Shown one piece after another: positions 37,946-47,367 of a stretch of DNA of 64,000 bases; position 1 is the stretch's first letter; every line of letters starts with the position of its first letter. Below the pieces are notes generated by a model, which saw only the letters and a program-made list of their open reading frames with translations, was not told the DNA's origin and did not search any database. A program made the position numbers and the translations under genes. The DNA is taken from the IMG/VR virus record IMGVR_UViG_2931714059_000002, positions 1-64,000 of that record, one strand, 5' to 3'. This DNA is from a virus (Duplodnaviria > Caudoviricetes).

Positions 37946-38928
37946 CCACTATCGGACTGCTCCTCGTTGTCATTGCTCTCGTTACGGCGTTTGCCTTTCA
38001 GCGGAAGCTCGTCACTGCCGTTTCTGTGCGCATCACAGTGGGCGGCGAAATCATCACGCGCAAGTCTCGCCGATCTGTTATCCGCTGGGCCCGGTGCGAG
38101 CCAAAGCCGGAAGTGGAGGAGACAAAGGAAGGCAAGAGGAAGCGCGGCAAGAAGAGCGAAAGCAAGTCCTCGGGAGAGGTCGCGAATTCCAAGTCTGAGG
38201 GAATCGCGTCTCCGGCCAATGCAGCGAACGACGGGGGAGAGGGCGACACCAAGAAAGACCCCGACGAGACCAAGGCCCAGCGCGCCTTTGAAATTACCCT
38301 TCGCGTCGCGCTGCTCCTCGGCCTCACGTATGCCGCATTCCGCGCGCTCGTCGCCTGGCCCTGGATCGCCGTTGTGCTGTCCCTGCTGTGCGGCATCGCC
38401 GCGTGGGTGGCCGGCGCCCCCGACGAGGACCAGGCCGCGGCGAACGACATCGAGGAGCCAGGGGAGCGTGAGATGAGCCCCCGCGAGGAACTGCTGCGCT
38501 GGTTCCGCGACACCATCGGCGAGGACAACGGCATCCACCTCCAGGACGCCTACCCCGCACTGCGCCAAGCCCTCCCCGAGGACAGCCCACCGCAGCAGCT
38601 CACCAACCCGGCGCTGCGGGCCCTCCTCGACCACCACCAGATCCCCATCCGTGAGCGCATGTCAGCGCGGGGCGTGGACGGCCGCACAGGGGTCCACCGC
38701 GGGGACGTCGAGGCGGCTCTGCGGGAGCTGCTCCAGACACTCCCCGCCCCCACCGAGAGCGCCCCCTCTCCTAGCCCCTCTCGGGCCACTCTCGGACCCC
38801 TTGACCTGCGGAAATCTCGGGCGCCGAGAGAGGACGAGAGTGGCCGAGAGAACCGCTCTCGGATGTCCGAGAGCGCCCCCGAGAGGGGCGCCACCCCGGA
38901 CTTCAGCAGCGGCCTCGTGCGGATGTGA
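37942..38928 (+). CDS. Membrane protein with TraB-like C-terminal winged helix and no ATPase
   Basis: TM segments, then GIHLQDAY..LRALLDHHQIPIR..RTGVHRGDV; no Walker A. Confidence 0.6.
   Translation: MTTIGLLLVVIALVTAFAFQRKLVTAVSVRITVGGEIITRKSRRSVIRWARCEPKPEVEETKEGKRKRGKKSESKSSGEVANSKSEGIASPANAANDGGEGDTKKDPDETKAQRAFEITLRVALLLGLTYAAFRALVAWPWIAVVLSLLCGIAAWVAGAPDEDQAAANDIEEPGEREMSPREELLRWFRDTIGEDNGIHLQDAYPALRQALPEDSPPQQLTNPALRALLDHHQIPIRERMSARGVDGRTGVHRGDVEAALRELLQTLPAPTESAPSPSPSRATLGPLDLRKSRAPREDESGRENRSRMSESAPERGATPDFSSGLVRM
38753..38885. repeat. clt-like array of CCGAGAG/CTCTCGG repeats
   Basis: About 10 exact or near copies in both orientations around TTGACCTGCGGAAA (38801). Confidence 0.7.
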
Positions 38929-39020
38929 GACCGACGCCACCCCCGTTGTGCACCTCACCGTGCACATCGGGTCGGCGCCGCCATCCACGCTGACATCACA
39001 CCCTCAACCAGGAGCCACGC

Positions 39021-39590
39021 ATGATCACCAAGGCCCTCGAGCGCGTCGCGCTCACCGCCCTCCTCGACACCGCGTTCAGCGCGCTGCACCCAGCGATGGA
39101 TCACTGGGCGCAGCGCGGCGAGGACGCACGCCTCAAGGGCCTCGCTGGCCGCCAGCTGGTGCACGCCGACGGCACGCCGGCCACTGGCGAGGACGGCCGA
39201 CCGACGATGACGGCGTCCGCGTGCGGGCGTCGGGCCGCGGCCCGACACGTCGCCGGATACACCCTCGGGCAGGTCGTCGGAACGCTGGCCGTGACGCGCG
39301 CTCTCGGATATCGCGTACCGCCCGGCGCACTTCTTGCCGGAGCCGCGATCAATGCGGTGACGCATTTCGTCATTGACCGGCGCACCCCTCTCCTGTACCT
39401 CGCCAAGGCGGCCCGGAAAGACGGCTACGTCGCTCACTGCGGTGTCGTCCGGAGGGATCCCGAGACGGGCGAATTCAAGAGCGATACTTTCGGGCCCGGA
39501 ACGGCCGCTATGGAGCTGGACCAGTCCGCTCACCGATTCATCGGCCTCGGCGCGGCCGTGGTCACCGCAGCTCTCGCTGTACGCCGCTGA
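39021..39590 (+). CDS. DUF3307-like membrane protein
   Basis: HPAMDHWAQ, RHVAGYT, THFVIDRR, LDQSAH. Confidence 0.75.
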   Translation: MITKALERVALTALLDTAFSALHPAMDHWAQRGEDARLKGLAGRQLVHADGTPATGEDGRPTMTASACGRRAAARHVAGYTLGQVVGTLAVTRALGYRVPPGALLAGAAINAVTHFVIDRRTPLLYLAKAARKDGYVAHCGVVRRDPETGEFKSDTFGPGTAAMELDQSAHRFIGLGAAVVTAALAVRR

Positions 39591-39689
39591 CACTCTGTCG
39601 GCTGCCTCCCCCGTCGGTCACGCACCGGCGGGGCAGAGGGGAGCCGGACAGCAATTCAGCAGACCGGACAGCGAGAAAGGCAGAGGCGA

Positions 39690-39911
39690 ATGGGCTTTTT
39701 CGGGAAGAGCAAGAAGGCCAGTGAAGCGACGCAGACGCATTGGTTCGTGAACGTTCAGACCCGCCGCCCGGACGGAACCCAGGCCGGTTGGGCCGGAATT
39801 ATCGAGCGGCAGACAGCGATGACCGCCCAGGAGGCGCGGGACATCGCCGAGGCGCGAGTACGAGCTGAGGCACCGTCGGGGACGGTCATCCTCTCGTCCA
39901 CCGCCAACTAG
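39690..39911 (+). CDS. Hypothetical protein
   Basis: MGFFGKSKK; RBS GAGG. Confidence 0.6.
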   Translation: MGFFGKSKKASEATQTHWFVNVQTRRPDGTQAGWAGIIERQTAMTAQEARDIAEARVRAEAPSGTVILSSTAN

Positions 39912-39999
39912 CCGCCTGGGGCGGGCGGCAGCTTCCAGGCACCCGCCCGCCCCAGGCACCCGCCCCAGTACCGCCGTACAGAGAGCAGGACCGCCCATC

Positions 40000-40104
40000 A
40001 TGGCAGCGCGCACCATCACCGTCGGACGCCGACCTACCTGCTGCGGCAGCCCCATGCGCCCCCACGCTGGGCGCGGTTGGGTCTGCATCGTCAAGGACCA
40101 CTGA
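40000..40104 (+). CDS. Microprotein (PTCCGSPM..WVC)
   Basis: RBS AGGA; 34 aa. Confidence 0.45.
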   Translation: MAARTITVGRRPTCCGSPMRPHAGRGWVCIVKDH

Positions 40105-40207
40105 CCAACCCGGCACCGAGATCACGGGCATGCTCTGGCCGGAATCCGGCAGCTAGCCCAACTCGGGCCCCTACCGTACCGATACGCACAGACGAGGAGA
40201 CCTCACC

Positions 40208-40381
40208 ATGCCGGACACCACACCCACCGTGCTGAGCGCCGACGACGCGGAGCAGCTGGCAGCGGCAGCCGACACTGCCGGGCCGCAGGCCGGCCTCATC
40301 GTGCAGCAGCTGCTCAACGGCCAGCGACTGGGGCAGATCTCTGACGCGACGTGGGGCGATGCCTCCAGCGAGGCACACTGA
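40208..40381 (+). CDS. Tyrosine-recombinase box-I-like fragment
   Basis: VLSADDAEQL..LLNGQRLGQISDATWGD; RBS GAGGAG. Confidence 0.45.
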   Translation: MPDTTPTVLSADDAEQLAAAADTAGPQAGLIVQQLLNGQRLGQISDATWGDASSEAH

Positions 40382-40794
40382 TGACCGCCCAGGAGACGCA
40401 GGTGCTGCTGGCGGACGATGTGCAGCGCCTGACCGCCGACCCCGCGATCCCCGCGACGATCCGATCTCTCTTCCTGCTGCTGTGGGAGGGAGAGATGCGG
40501 CTCGGTGACATCTTGTCGGCCGATGTCCGAGACGTGGACATCGCGGCCCACCAGATCCGGGTCGACACCAGCAAGGAGCGCCGAGGACCCTGGTCTGCGC
40601 CCATCAGCGACCAGGCAGCGACGCTGCTGCATCACGTGATCGGAGACCGCACAGCCGGGCCACTGTTCACGGCTCCATCCGGGCGCCCCTTGTCCCGGGA
40701 CGCCGCTGCGCGCAGTGCCCAACGGTACGGCTACGGCCTGCACGCATTCAGGCGAGCCGGCCGCGAGCATCGGCTTGCTACCACCGCGCGCTGA
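40381..40794 (+). CDS. Minimal tyrosine-recombinase-like catalytic domain lacking the Tyr nucleophile region
   Basis: LLWEGEMRLGDIL, SK, GPLF, LHAFR, then stop. Confidence 0.7.
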   Translation: MTAQETQVLLADDVQRLTADPAIPATIRSLFLLLWEGEMRLGDILSADVRDVDIAAHQIRVDTSKERRGPWSAPISDQAATLLHHVIGDRTAGPLFTAPSGRPLSRDAAARSAQRYGYGLHAFRRAGREHRLATTAR

Positions 40795-40861
40795 CACCGA
40801 GCCGCAGACCAAGGGGGGACCGCGTAGCCCGCGGTCCCCCTACTCGCGTTCAGAGGAGCGC

Positions 40862-40881
40862 CCCGTACACGGCGGTACGGT
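40862..40881 (+). promoter_or_regulatory. Late promoter motif copy 1
   Basis: CCCGTACACG-N4-TACGGT. Confidence 0.6.
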
Positions 40882-40928
40882 CCCCACGGCCGCCCGGAGC
40901 GGGCGGCACCCTACGAGAGGACAGCGCG

Positions 40929-41222
40929 ATGAGTTTGCCGATCGAGATCACCCAGGTCCGTGAGCTGGAGCGGAAGTTCCCCCCGCGGCCGAGCGAGACG
41001 CCCACCTACGTACTGACGCTGCTCCACCAGCCCAAGAAGGGCACCCCCGTCCACCTCATGACCATGCGGAGCGCCGGCCCGCTCCCCTCCCCCATCGACG
41101 GGGAAGACATCGACGTCCACGGCGAGGCCCTGACCGTCGTCCGCTCCACCCAGGCCATCGGCCGCGACACCAAGACCGGCGCGCCCATCGTGCGCACCGA
41201 ACTGCTCGTAGACGCCGCCTAA
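40929..41222 (+). CDS. Hypothetical protein
   Basis: RBS GAGAGGA. Confidence 0.6.
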   Translation: MSLPIEITQVRELERKFPPRPSETPTYVLTLLHQPKKGTPVHLMTMRSAGPLPSPIDGEDIDVHGEALTVVRSTQAIGRDTKTGAPIVRTELLVDAA

Positions 41223-41341
41223 CCACCCCAGGTCACACGCCGGTCACACCCGGCTCATAACGGCCCACGCTCCGCGCACGATCGGGCACGATCCCCCTGC
41301 ACATACCGTCTCAGCCCACCTCAGCAGGGGGATATCCCACG

Positions 41342-41938
41342 ATGACCAGACACCGCGCCACCGCCGCCCTCGCCCTGGCCGCCGCCGTACTCCTCGCCGG
41401 CTGCTCCTCGAGCAGCGACGACAGCATCAGCGACACCCCGCCCGCCTCGGGCAGCGACACCAACGCCGAGGCCGGCACCGAGCCGGCCGACGACAACGCC
41501 CAGCCGGACGGGGCCGCGGACGGGGACCTCTCCCCGGGCGACACGCACACCTGGGACGACGGTGTGTCACTGACGGTCGGCCAGCTCACCGAGTACACCC
41601 CGACTGCGGAGGACGCCCCGTTCGTGCCGGAGGGCGAGACCCCGTTCATCGCGCCGCTGACGATCGCCAACGGCAGCGCCGAGCCGGTCGACATCGCGGA
41701 CCTAGCGATCACCGCCGACGGCATCACCACCGGCGGCATGCTCACCGGCGTGTACTTCGCCGACGTGACGGACCTGCCGGGCGGCCGGGTCGCCCCCGGC
41801 GCCGAGACCACCATCACGCTGGCCTGGACGATCGATGAGGCCGCGCACGGCCGGGACGTGGCCATCGCCGCTCTGCGCGTCACCGAAACGATGCCGGCCG
41901 CGACGCCGACGTGGTCCGGGACGATCGCCGCGCCGTAG
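41342..41938 (+). CDS. Lipoprotein (DUF4352-like)
   Basis: LAGC lipobox; beta-rich domain. Confidence 0.8.
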   Translation: MTRHRATAALALAAAVLLAGCSSSSDDSISDTPPASGSDTNAEAGTEPADDNAQPDGAADGDLSPGDTHTWDDGVSLTVGQLTEYTPTAEDAPFVPEGETPFIAPLTIANGSAEPVDIADLAITADGITTGGMLTGVYFADVTDLPGGRVAPGAETTITLAWTIDEAAHGRDVAIAALRVTETMPAATPTWSGTIAAP

Positions 41939-42167
41939 CAAGTCCCGATAGGCTGAACCGCAGTGCTCTCGCGCAGGGGGCCTGACCCGGTGCCCCCCGG
42001 GGGCAGGCCCAGTGCGAGATGCGGGTGGGCCCGGCCGATTACATCGCGGTCGGGCCCGCCGCTGTGTCACGGCCGCTACACTCTCCGTATCGCGACAAGG
42101 TGGCACCACCCCTCTCGCGCGCCTGCCCCGCCCACCCCCCGGCGCGGGGCAGGCCCCTCTCCCCCGG

Positions 42168-42187
42168 CCCGTACACGCTCATACCCT
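42168..42187 (+). promoter_or_regulatory. Late promoter motif copy 2
   Basis: CCCGTACACG-CTCA-TACCCT. Confidence 0.8.
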
Positions 42188-42221
42188 GCTGATCCAGACA
42201 CCGCAGCAGGGAGGGGGCGAC

Positions 42222-42725
42222 ATGGCCAGTAAGGCGCAGCGCGACAAGGGCCGGGCCCGCGAGGTGCGCGTGGTCGAGCTGCGGCTCCAAGGATGGGGAT
42301 TCGAGCAGATCGCCGCCGAGGTCGGGTACGCCGACCGCGCCGGAGCCCACAAGGCGTTCAGCCGCGCGATGCAGGCGGCGCTGGAGGAGCAGGCCAAGGA
42401 CCGCAATGAGCTGGCCCAGGCCGAGCTGGAGCGCCTGGACTGGGTGATCCGCTCCATGTCGCCCGCCCTGGCGATGGGCGACCACCGTGCGGCTCAGGCC
42501 ATCCTCGGAGCGATCGACCGCCGCACCCGCCTCCTCGGCCTGGATGCGCCGCAGCGCGCCGAGGTGACAGTCCACCAGCCACCCGGCAGCGAGGAGGAGC
42601 GGCAGCAGCGGCTCGCCGCCGTGGCTGCCGAGATCATGCGCCGCACGCAGAGCGGCGGGCCGCTGGACGAGGAGAGGCTGCTGTCCGGACCGCGCCCGGA
42701 CATGCCCGGACAGGGCGAGTCATGA
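42222..42725 (+). CDS. Terminase small subunit
   Basis: LRLQGWGFEQIAAEVGY HTH; DRRTRLLGLDAP; precedes TerL. Confidence 0.8.
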   Translation: MASKAQRDKGRAREVRVVELRLQGWGFEQIAAEVGYADRAGAHKAFSRAMQAALEEQAKDRNELAQAELERLDWVIRSMSPALAMGDHRAAQAILGAIDRRTRLLGLDAPQRAEVTVHQPPGSEEERQQRLAAVAAEIMRRTQSGGPLDEERLLSGPRPDMPGQGES

Positions 42726-44311
42726 GCGCTCTGACCAGGGCGGACAGTGTGTCCGGACAGCAAGACAGCCTCGCGAACATGTCCGACGCCGAGCTGGAGG
42801 CCGAGCTGCGCCGGCTGGCCGCATGGCGGGACCCGGCCACCATGGGCCTGTACCTCAACAGCGACAACCCGGACGTCTTCAAGGTCCGCGCGCACCACCG
42901 GCTGATCGCCGCGAGCCTCGCGCAACTCGGCCCTCAGAACGACAGGTTGCTCGTTATCACCCCACCGCAGGTCGGCAAGTCCACGCTGGTCAGCGAGTTG
43001 ATGTCCTGGTGGTGGCTCACCCTCCACCCCCGTGACCGCATCGCCATCACCTCCTACGCGGCCTCGTTGGCGCTGAAGAAGTCGAGGACTGTTCGCCGCT
43101 GGGTGGCCGAGCATGGGCACGAGTTCGGCCTGCGGCTCCAGCCCGGCGACTCCGCCATCTACGACTGGTCACTCACCACCGGCGGCGGTATCCGCGCTGC
43201 TGGCGTCGGTGGCTCCCTCACCGGATTCCCGACCACCGGCGTGGGCATCGTCGACGACCCGCACAAGGACCGCGCCGAGGCGGAGAGCCCGCTGATGCGC
43301 ACCCGGGTCTGGGAGTGGTGGTCATCAGTGTTCCTATCTCGGCTGCGGCCGGGCGTGCCCCTAGCGCTGGTCCTCACCCACTGGCATGAGGACGACCTGG
43401 CGGGCCGCGTCCTCGCCCAGGAGGGCCGCGTCGAGGAAGGCGGCCGGTGGCGCGTCGTGCACCTGGAGGCGATCCACACCGGCCTCCACGGGCCCGACCC
43501 CATGGGCCGCGCACCGGGCGAGCCCCTCACTCATCCCGCGATCCCCGACGAGGACCAGGCGGCGCTTACCGCGCACTGGGACGACAAGCGCCGCACCTCC
43601 ACACCGCGCGACTGGGGATCGCTCTACCAGGGCGACCCGAAGCCGGCGGAGGGTGCGCTGCTGACGGCCAACCTGCTCATGGCCCGTCGCTGCCCCAGCC
43701 CGGCCGAGGCGCAGCGCCGCGCCGTGGCCGTGGACCCGTCCGGAGGCGGCCGGGACACCGCCGGCATCATGGCCGGCTACCTCGGTACGGATGAGCGGCT
43801 GTACCTAACGCACGACCGGACCGCGGTCATGTCGTCCGATGCGTGGTCCCGCGCCGCCTGCAAGCTCGCTGCGGAGACCGGGGCGCAGATCATCTACGTG
43901 GAGCGCAACTACGGCGGCGACATGACCACGCTCGCCGTCCGCACCGCGTGGGACGCGCTCCAGCGCGAGGGCGTCATCCCCTCCGACCTGCTGCCGCCCT
44001 ACGTGCAGCCCGTCACCGCGCGCACCGGCAAACTGCTGCGCGCGGAGCCGATCGCGCAGCAGTGGCAGGAGGACCGGGTACGGACCGCCGGGGCGGCCGG
44101 GCCGCTCGTGGAACTGGAACAGGAGTGGGCGACGTGGCAGCCCGGCGCCGCCTCCCCCGGCCGGATCGACGCCTCCGTGTACCTCGCCTACGGACTGCTG
44201 CGACCCCCGTCGACCGCACAGGCCATCAGCTCCCCCGCTGGCATCTCCCTCGCGCAGGCGGCCAGTTCAGGCCGCACCGGCTCCGGTCTCGGCGCTGTGC
44301 GGCTGCGGTAG
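42722..44311 (+). CDS. Terminase large subunit
   Basis: PPQVGKS Walker A, IVDDPHK, WHEDDLAG, VAVDPS, SPGRIDA. Confidence 0.95.
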   Translation: MSALTRADSVSGQQDSLANMSDAELEAELRRLAAWRDPATMGLYLNSDNPDVFKVRAHHRLIAASLAQLGPQNDRLLVITPPQVGKSTLVSELMSWWWLTLHPRDRIAITSYAASLALKKSRTVRRWVAEHGHEFGLRLQPGDSAIYDWSLTTGGGIRAAGVGGSLTGFPTTGVGIVDDPHKDRAEAESPLMRTRVWEWWSSVFLSRLRPGVPLALVLTHWHEDDLAGRVLAQEGRVEEGGRWRVVHLEAIHTGLHGPDPMGRAPGEPLTHPAIPDEDQAALTAHWDDKRRTSTPRDWGSLYQGDPKPAEGALLTANLLMARRCPSPAEAQRRAVAVDPSGGGRDTAGIMAGYLGTDERLYLTHDRTAVMSSDAWSRAACKLAAETGAQIIYVERNYGGDMTTLAVRTAWDALQREGVIPSDLLPPYVQPVTARTGKLLRAEPIAQQWQEDRVRTAGAAGPLVELEQEWATWQPGAASPGRIDASVYLAYGLLRPPSTAQAISSPAGISLAQAASSGRTGSGLGAVRLR

Positions 44312-44326
44312 ACGCCCGGGGAGCTG

Positions 44327-44346
44327 CCCGTACACGCACATACCCT
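44327..44346 (+). promoter_or_regulatory. Late promoter motif copy 3
   Basis: CCCGTACACG-CACA-TACCCT; leaderless GTG 7 nt downstream. Confidence 0.85.
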
Positions 44347-44353
44347 GCCGTCT

Positions 44354-44749
44354 GTGAGCACCGCAGACATCTACCTCATCGTCACCGGAGTCCTCAGCAT
44401 CGGCGCCGCCGCCCGGCTGACGCGGCTCGTCGTCGACGACACCATCACCGCGCCGATCCGGGACGCCATCACCACGCGGGGCGATACCCGCGGCGGCACC
44501 TGGGCGTGGGCGAGCAAGCTCGTCAGCTGTACGTGGTGCGCGTCGATCTGGGTCACGGCTGGCGTCGGCGCCGCGCACTGGCTGGCCGGGGACACCCGCC
44601 TCTACCTGTACGTAGCCGCAGGGCTGACGATCGCCTACATCGTGCCGCTCGCTCGGGATTGGCTGGACGCTCCGCCTCCGGTCCGGCAGGTCGAGGTAGC
44701 GCCGCTCCAGGTGACGCACCAGCACGTCATCACCGACCGTCGCCGCTGA
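44354..44749 (+). CDS. DUF1360-like membrane protein
   Basis: ARLTRLVVDDTITAPIR..LVSCTWCASIW. Confidence 0.8.
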   Translation: MSTADIYLIVTGVLSIGAAARLTRLVVDDTITAPIRDAITTRGDTRGGTWAWASKLVSCTWCASIWVTAGVGAAHWLAGDTRLYLYVAAGLTIAYIVPLARDWLDAPPPVRQVEVAPLQVTHQHVITDRRR

Positions 44750-44767
44750 GCGGGGAGAGGAGCACTC

Positions 44768-46285
44768 ATGGCCTGGCCCTGGAGGCGGTCCCGCCCGCCC
44801 ATCGACCCTGGCGACGGCGCCGTGCAGCGGCACGAGGTCGCCGGCACGCTGCTCTCATCCGCCGCGCTCGTGTCCCGCAGGCAGGTCCGTACCGTCCTCG
44901 GTCAGCGCCAGCCGTGGCAGGCCGAGGCATGGGATATGTACGACCGGGTCAGCGAGATCAAGTCCGGCACCCGCTGGGCGAGCAACGCCTGCTCCCGCGC
45001 CCGCCTGTACGTCGGGCGTGTCGACCCGGACGGCAGCTCGGAGCCGGCACCAATCGACGCGCAGGACGACGACGAGGACCAGGAGCTGGTGGCGCAGCTC
45101 CTCGCGCCGCTGGGCGAGCTGGCCGGTGGGCAGGACGGGCAGTCCGAGATGCTGCGGCGGATGTCCATCCTGCTGGACGTCCCCGGGGAGATGTACCTCG
45201 TGGGGTACGACGACGAGCAGCTGGGCCGCCGGTGGGTCGTGGCCTCTCCCAGCGAGATCCGCTCAGGCGGGGGCGGGCGGATCCACCTCGCCAGCCAGGA
45301 GATCCCGGGCGCGCAGATCAAGCTGCACCTGGACTCGGCATCCGTGATTCGGATCTGGCACCCGCACGCGCAGTGGGCCGCCCGGCCCGACAGCCCGATG
45401 CAGGCCCTCCTCGACCCGCTCCGGGAGCTACAGGGCCTGTCCGGACACGTCATGGCCACCACCGACTCGCGCCTGGCGGGCGCCGGCCTGCTGCTGGCGT
45501 CGCAGGACGTGGTGCCTGGCGCGATGGGACAGAGCGAGGGCGCCAATCCGGCGCACGGTGGGGCCCTCGCCCAGGCGCTGCTGGAGGCCATGGCCACGCC
45601 TCTCAAGGACCGTGACTCGGCTGCGAGCATTGTGCCGCTGCTGCTGACCGCTCCCGGCGACATCAAGGGCAAGCTGGAGCACATTGACTTCGTGACCCAA
45701 CTGGACAAGGAGGTGCTGCCGCTGCGGGAGTCCGCGATCCGACGCGTCGCCGTCGGGATGGACATGCCGCCCGAACAGCTCCTGGGCCTGGGCGACATCA
45801 ACCACTGGTCCGCTTGGCTGGTCGAGGAGACCGGCGTCAAACTGCATATCAGTCCCAAGCTGGGGCTGCTGTGCCACGCCCTGAACACGCACTTCTACCG
45901 GCCGTCTCTGCGCGCCCTCGGGGTCCCGAACCCCGAGCAGTACACGATCTGGTACAACACCTCGGCTCTGGAGCGACGCGCCAACTCCGGGCCCGAAGCG
46001 GCGCAGGCGCACGAGCGCGGGCTGCTGTCCGACATCTCGTACCTGCGGGCGCTCGGCTACTCCCGCGACGACATGCCGGACGACGTCGAGCAGGAGCGGC
46101 GCGTGCTGCTGCGGATCGCCCTGGCGCACCCCTACCTGGCGCCCCCGATCCTCGCCGACCTGGGCATCACCGTGCCGGGCCTCGCGGAGGCCGCCGCCGC
46201 CATGCCGCGCCGTACCGCGACAACGGCCCCGGCCTCACCGGCAGCTGAGCCGCAGCTGTCCCGACCCGGGCCCCCCGCCTCATGA
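44768..46285 (+). CDS. Portal protein
   Basis: WQAEAWDMYD, SRLAGAG, RVAVGMDMPPEQLLG..NHWSAW. Confidence 0.9.
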   Translation: MAWPWRRSRPPIDPGDGAVQRHEVAGTLLSSAALVSRRQVRTVLGQRQPWQAEAWDMYDRVSEIKSGTRWASNACSRARLYVGRVDPDGSSEPAPIDAQDDDEDQELVAQLLAPLGELAGGQDGQSEMLRRMSILLDVPGEMYLVGYDDEQLGRRWVVASPSEIRSGGGGRIHLASQEIPGAQIKLHLDSASVIRIWHPHAQWAARPDSPMQALLDPLRELQGLSGHVMATTDSRLAGAGLLLASQDVVPGAMGQSEGANPAHGGALAQALLEAMATPLKDRDSAASIVPLLLTAPGDIKGKLEHIDFVTQLDKEVLPLRESAIRRVAVGMDMPPEQLLGLGDINHWSAWLVEETGVKLHISPKLGLLCHALNTHFYRPSLRALGVPNPEQYTIWYNTSALERRANSGPEAAQAHERGLLSDISYLRALGYSRDDMPDDVEQERRVLLRIALAHPYLAPPILADLGITVPGLAEAAAAMPRRTATTAPASPAAEPQLSRPGPPAS

Positions 46286-47367
46286 CCGCGCCCGTCGAGC
46301 AGGCCGCGGCGTGGCGCCGGTCGTGCCTGGACATGGCTACCCGCCGGGCTCTGGAGCGCGCCGGGCAGTGGCTGCTGCACTCCAGCGGCCGGCCCCTACG
46401 CGGCCAGTACCGGCACGTACCGCTGCACTCCATCCACGTGCACGTCGCGGCGCAGCAGCACCAGGTCGACCGCATGCTGCACGGGGCGTACCGCGAGTTC
46501 GTGGCCTCGACTCCCGACCAGGTGGCGCTGCACCAGTCCGTCGACCAGTACGTGCGGGCCCTGATCCTGTCCCGGGAGGAGCACCGCACGGAGTATCTCG
46601 ACACGGTCATCCGCCAGTCCGAGCAGCCCGAGGCCGTCGCCGAGGCCGAGATGTACACCGCGGTGCGCGCGGCCGTCGGCGAGTACCTGGACGCCGTCCG
46701 GACCGGGCTCCTCGGCCTGGACGCGCTCACGGCCGCCGCCGGCGGGCCGGATGACCCGCTGGACTGGTCGGCATGGCCGGACGCCTCGGTGTGGTCCCGG
46801 ATCGTGGAGCGCGTCATCGCCCCTGTGCAGCGCCGGATCTGGGAGCGCTCCTACCGGCAGGCCGCACCGGACGCCCCGGCCGGCGCCGAGGCTGCGGCGG
46901 ACGACCTGAGCCGGACGCTGGTGGAGCGGCTCTCCGGACTGCCCCGCCGTGTGTGGGACCGGCTGCGCGCCGCAACCAGCACGGGGCTGGCGCGCGGTGA
47001 GCAGCTGCCGGAGCTGCGGGCCCGCCTCGGGCAGCAGGCCACGCTCGAGGAGTGGGACGGCACCATCCGCACGATGACCCGCACCGAGACCATGTCCGCC
47101 CTCAACTCCGGCGGCCTCGCGGCGGCCATCGACGAGCAGGACCGCACCGGCCGCACCTGGACCAAGACCTGGGTGGCCACCCTCGACGGCCGCACCCGGC
47201 CGTCGCACGCCGCCGCAGATGGCCAGACCCGGCCCATCGGCGAGCCGTTCACCGTCGGCGCCGCCCGGCTCCAGCACCCAGGCGATCCGCTCGCGCCGCC
47301 CGGCGAGACCGTCAACTGCCGCTGTACCGCCACCTATCGCCTCTCATCTGGAGGATCTGCACGATGA
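46282..47367 (+). CDS. MuF-like minor head protein
   Basis: RTE, KTWVATLDGRTRPSH, PGDP, NCRC. Confidence 0.9.
   Translation: MTAPVEQAAAWRRSCLDMATRRALERAGQWLLHSSGRPLRGQYRHVPLHSIHVHVAAQQHQVDRMLHGAYREFVASTPDQVALHQSVDQYVRALILSREEHRTEYLDTVIRQSEQPEAVAEAEMYTAVRAAVGEYLDAVRTGLLGLDALTAAAGGPDDPLDWSAWPDASVWSRIVERVIAPVQRRIWERSYRQAAPDAPAGAEAAADDLSRTLVERLSGLPRRVWDRLRAATSTGLARGEQLPELRARLGQQATLEEWDGTIRTMTRTETMSALNSGGLAAAIDEQDRTGRTWTKTWVATLDGRTRPSHAAADGQTRPIGEPFTVGAARLQHPGDPLAPPGETVNCRCTATYRLSSGGSAR

Noticed and set aside
40381-40794. The prophage's functional integrase
   Set aside because: Lacks the DNA-binding domains and catalytic Tyr; no att site identified
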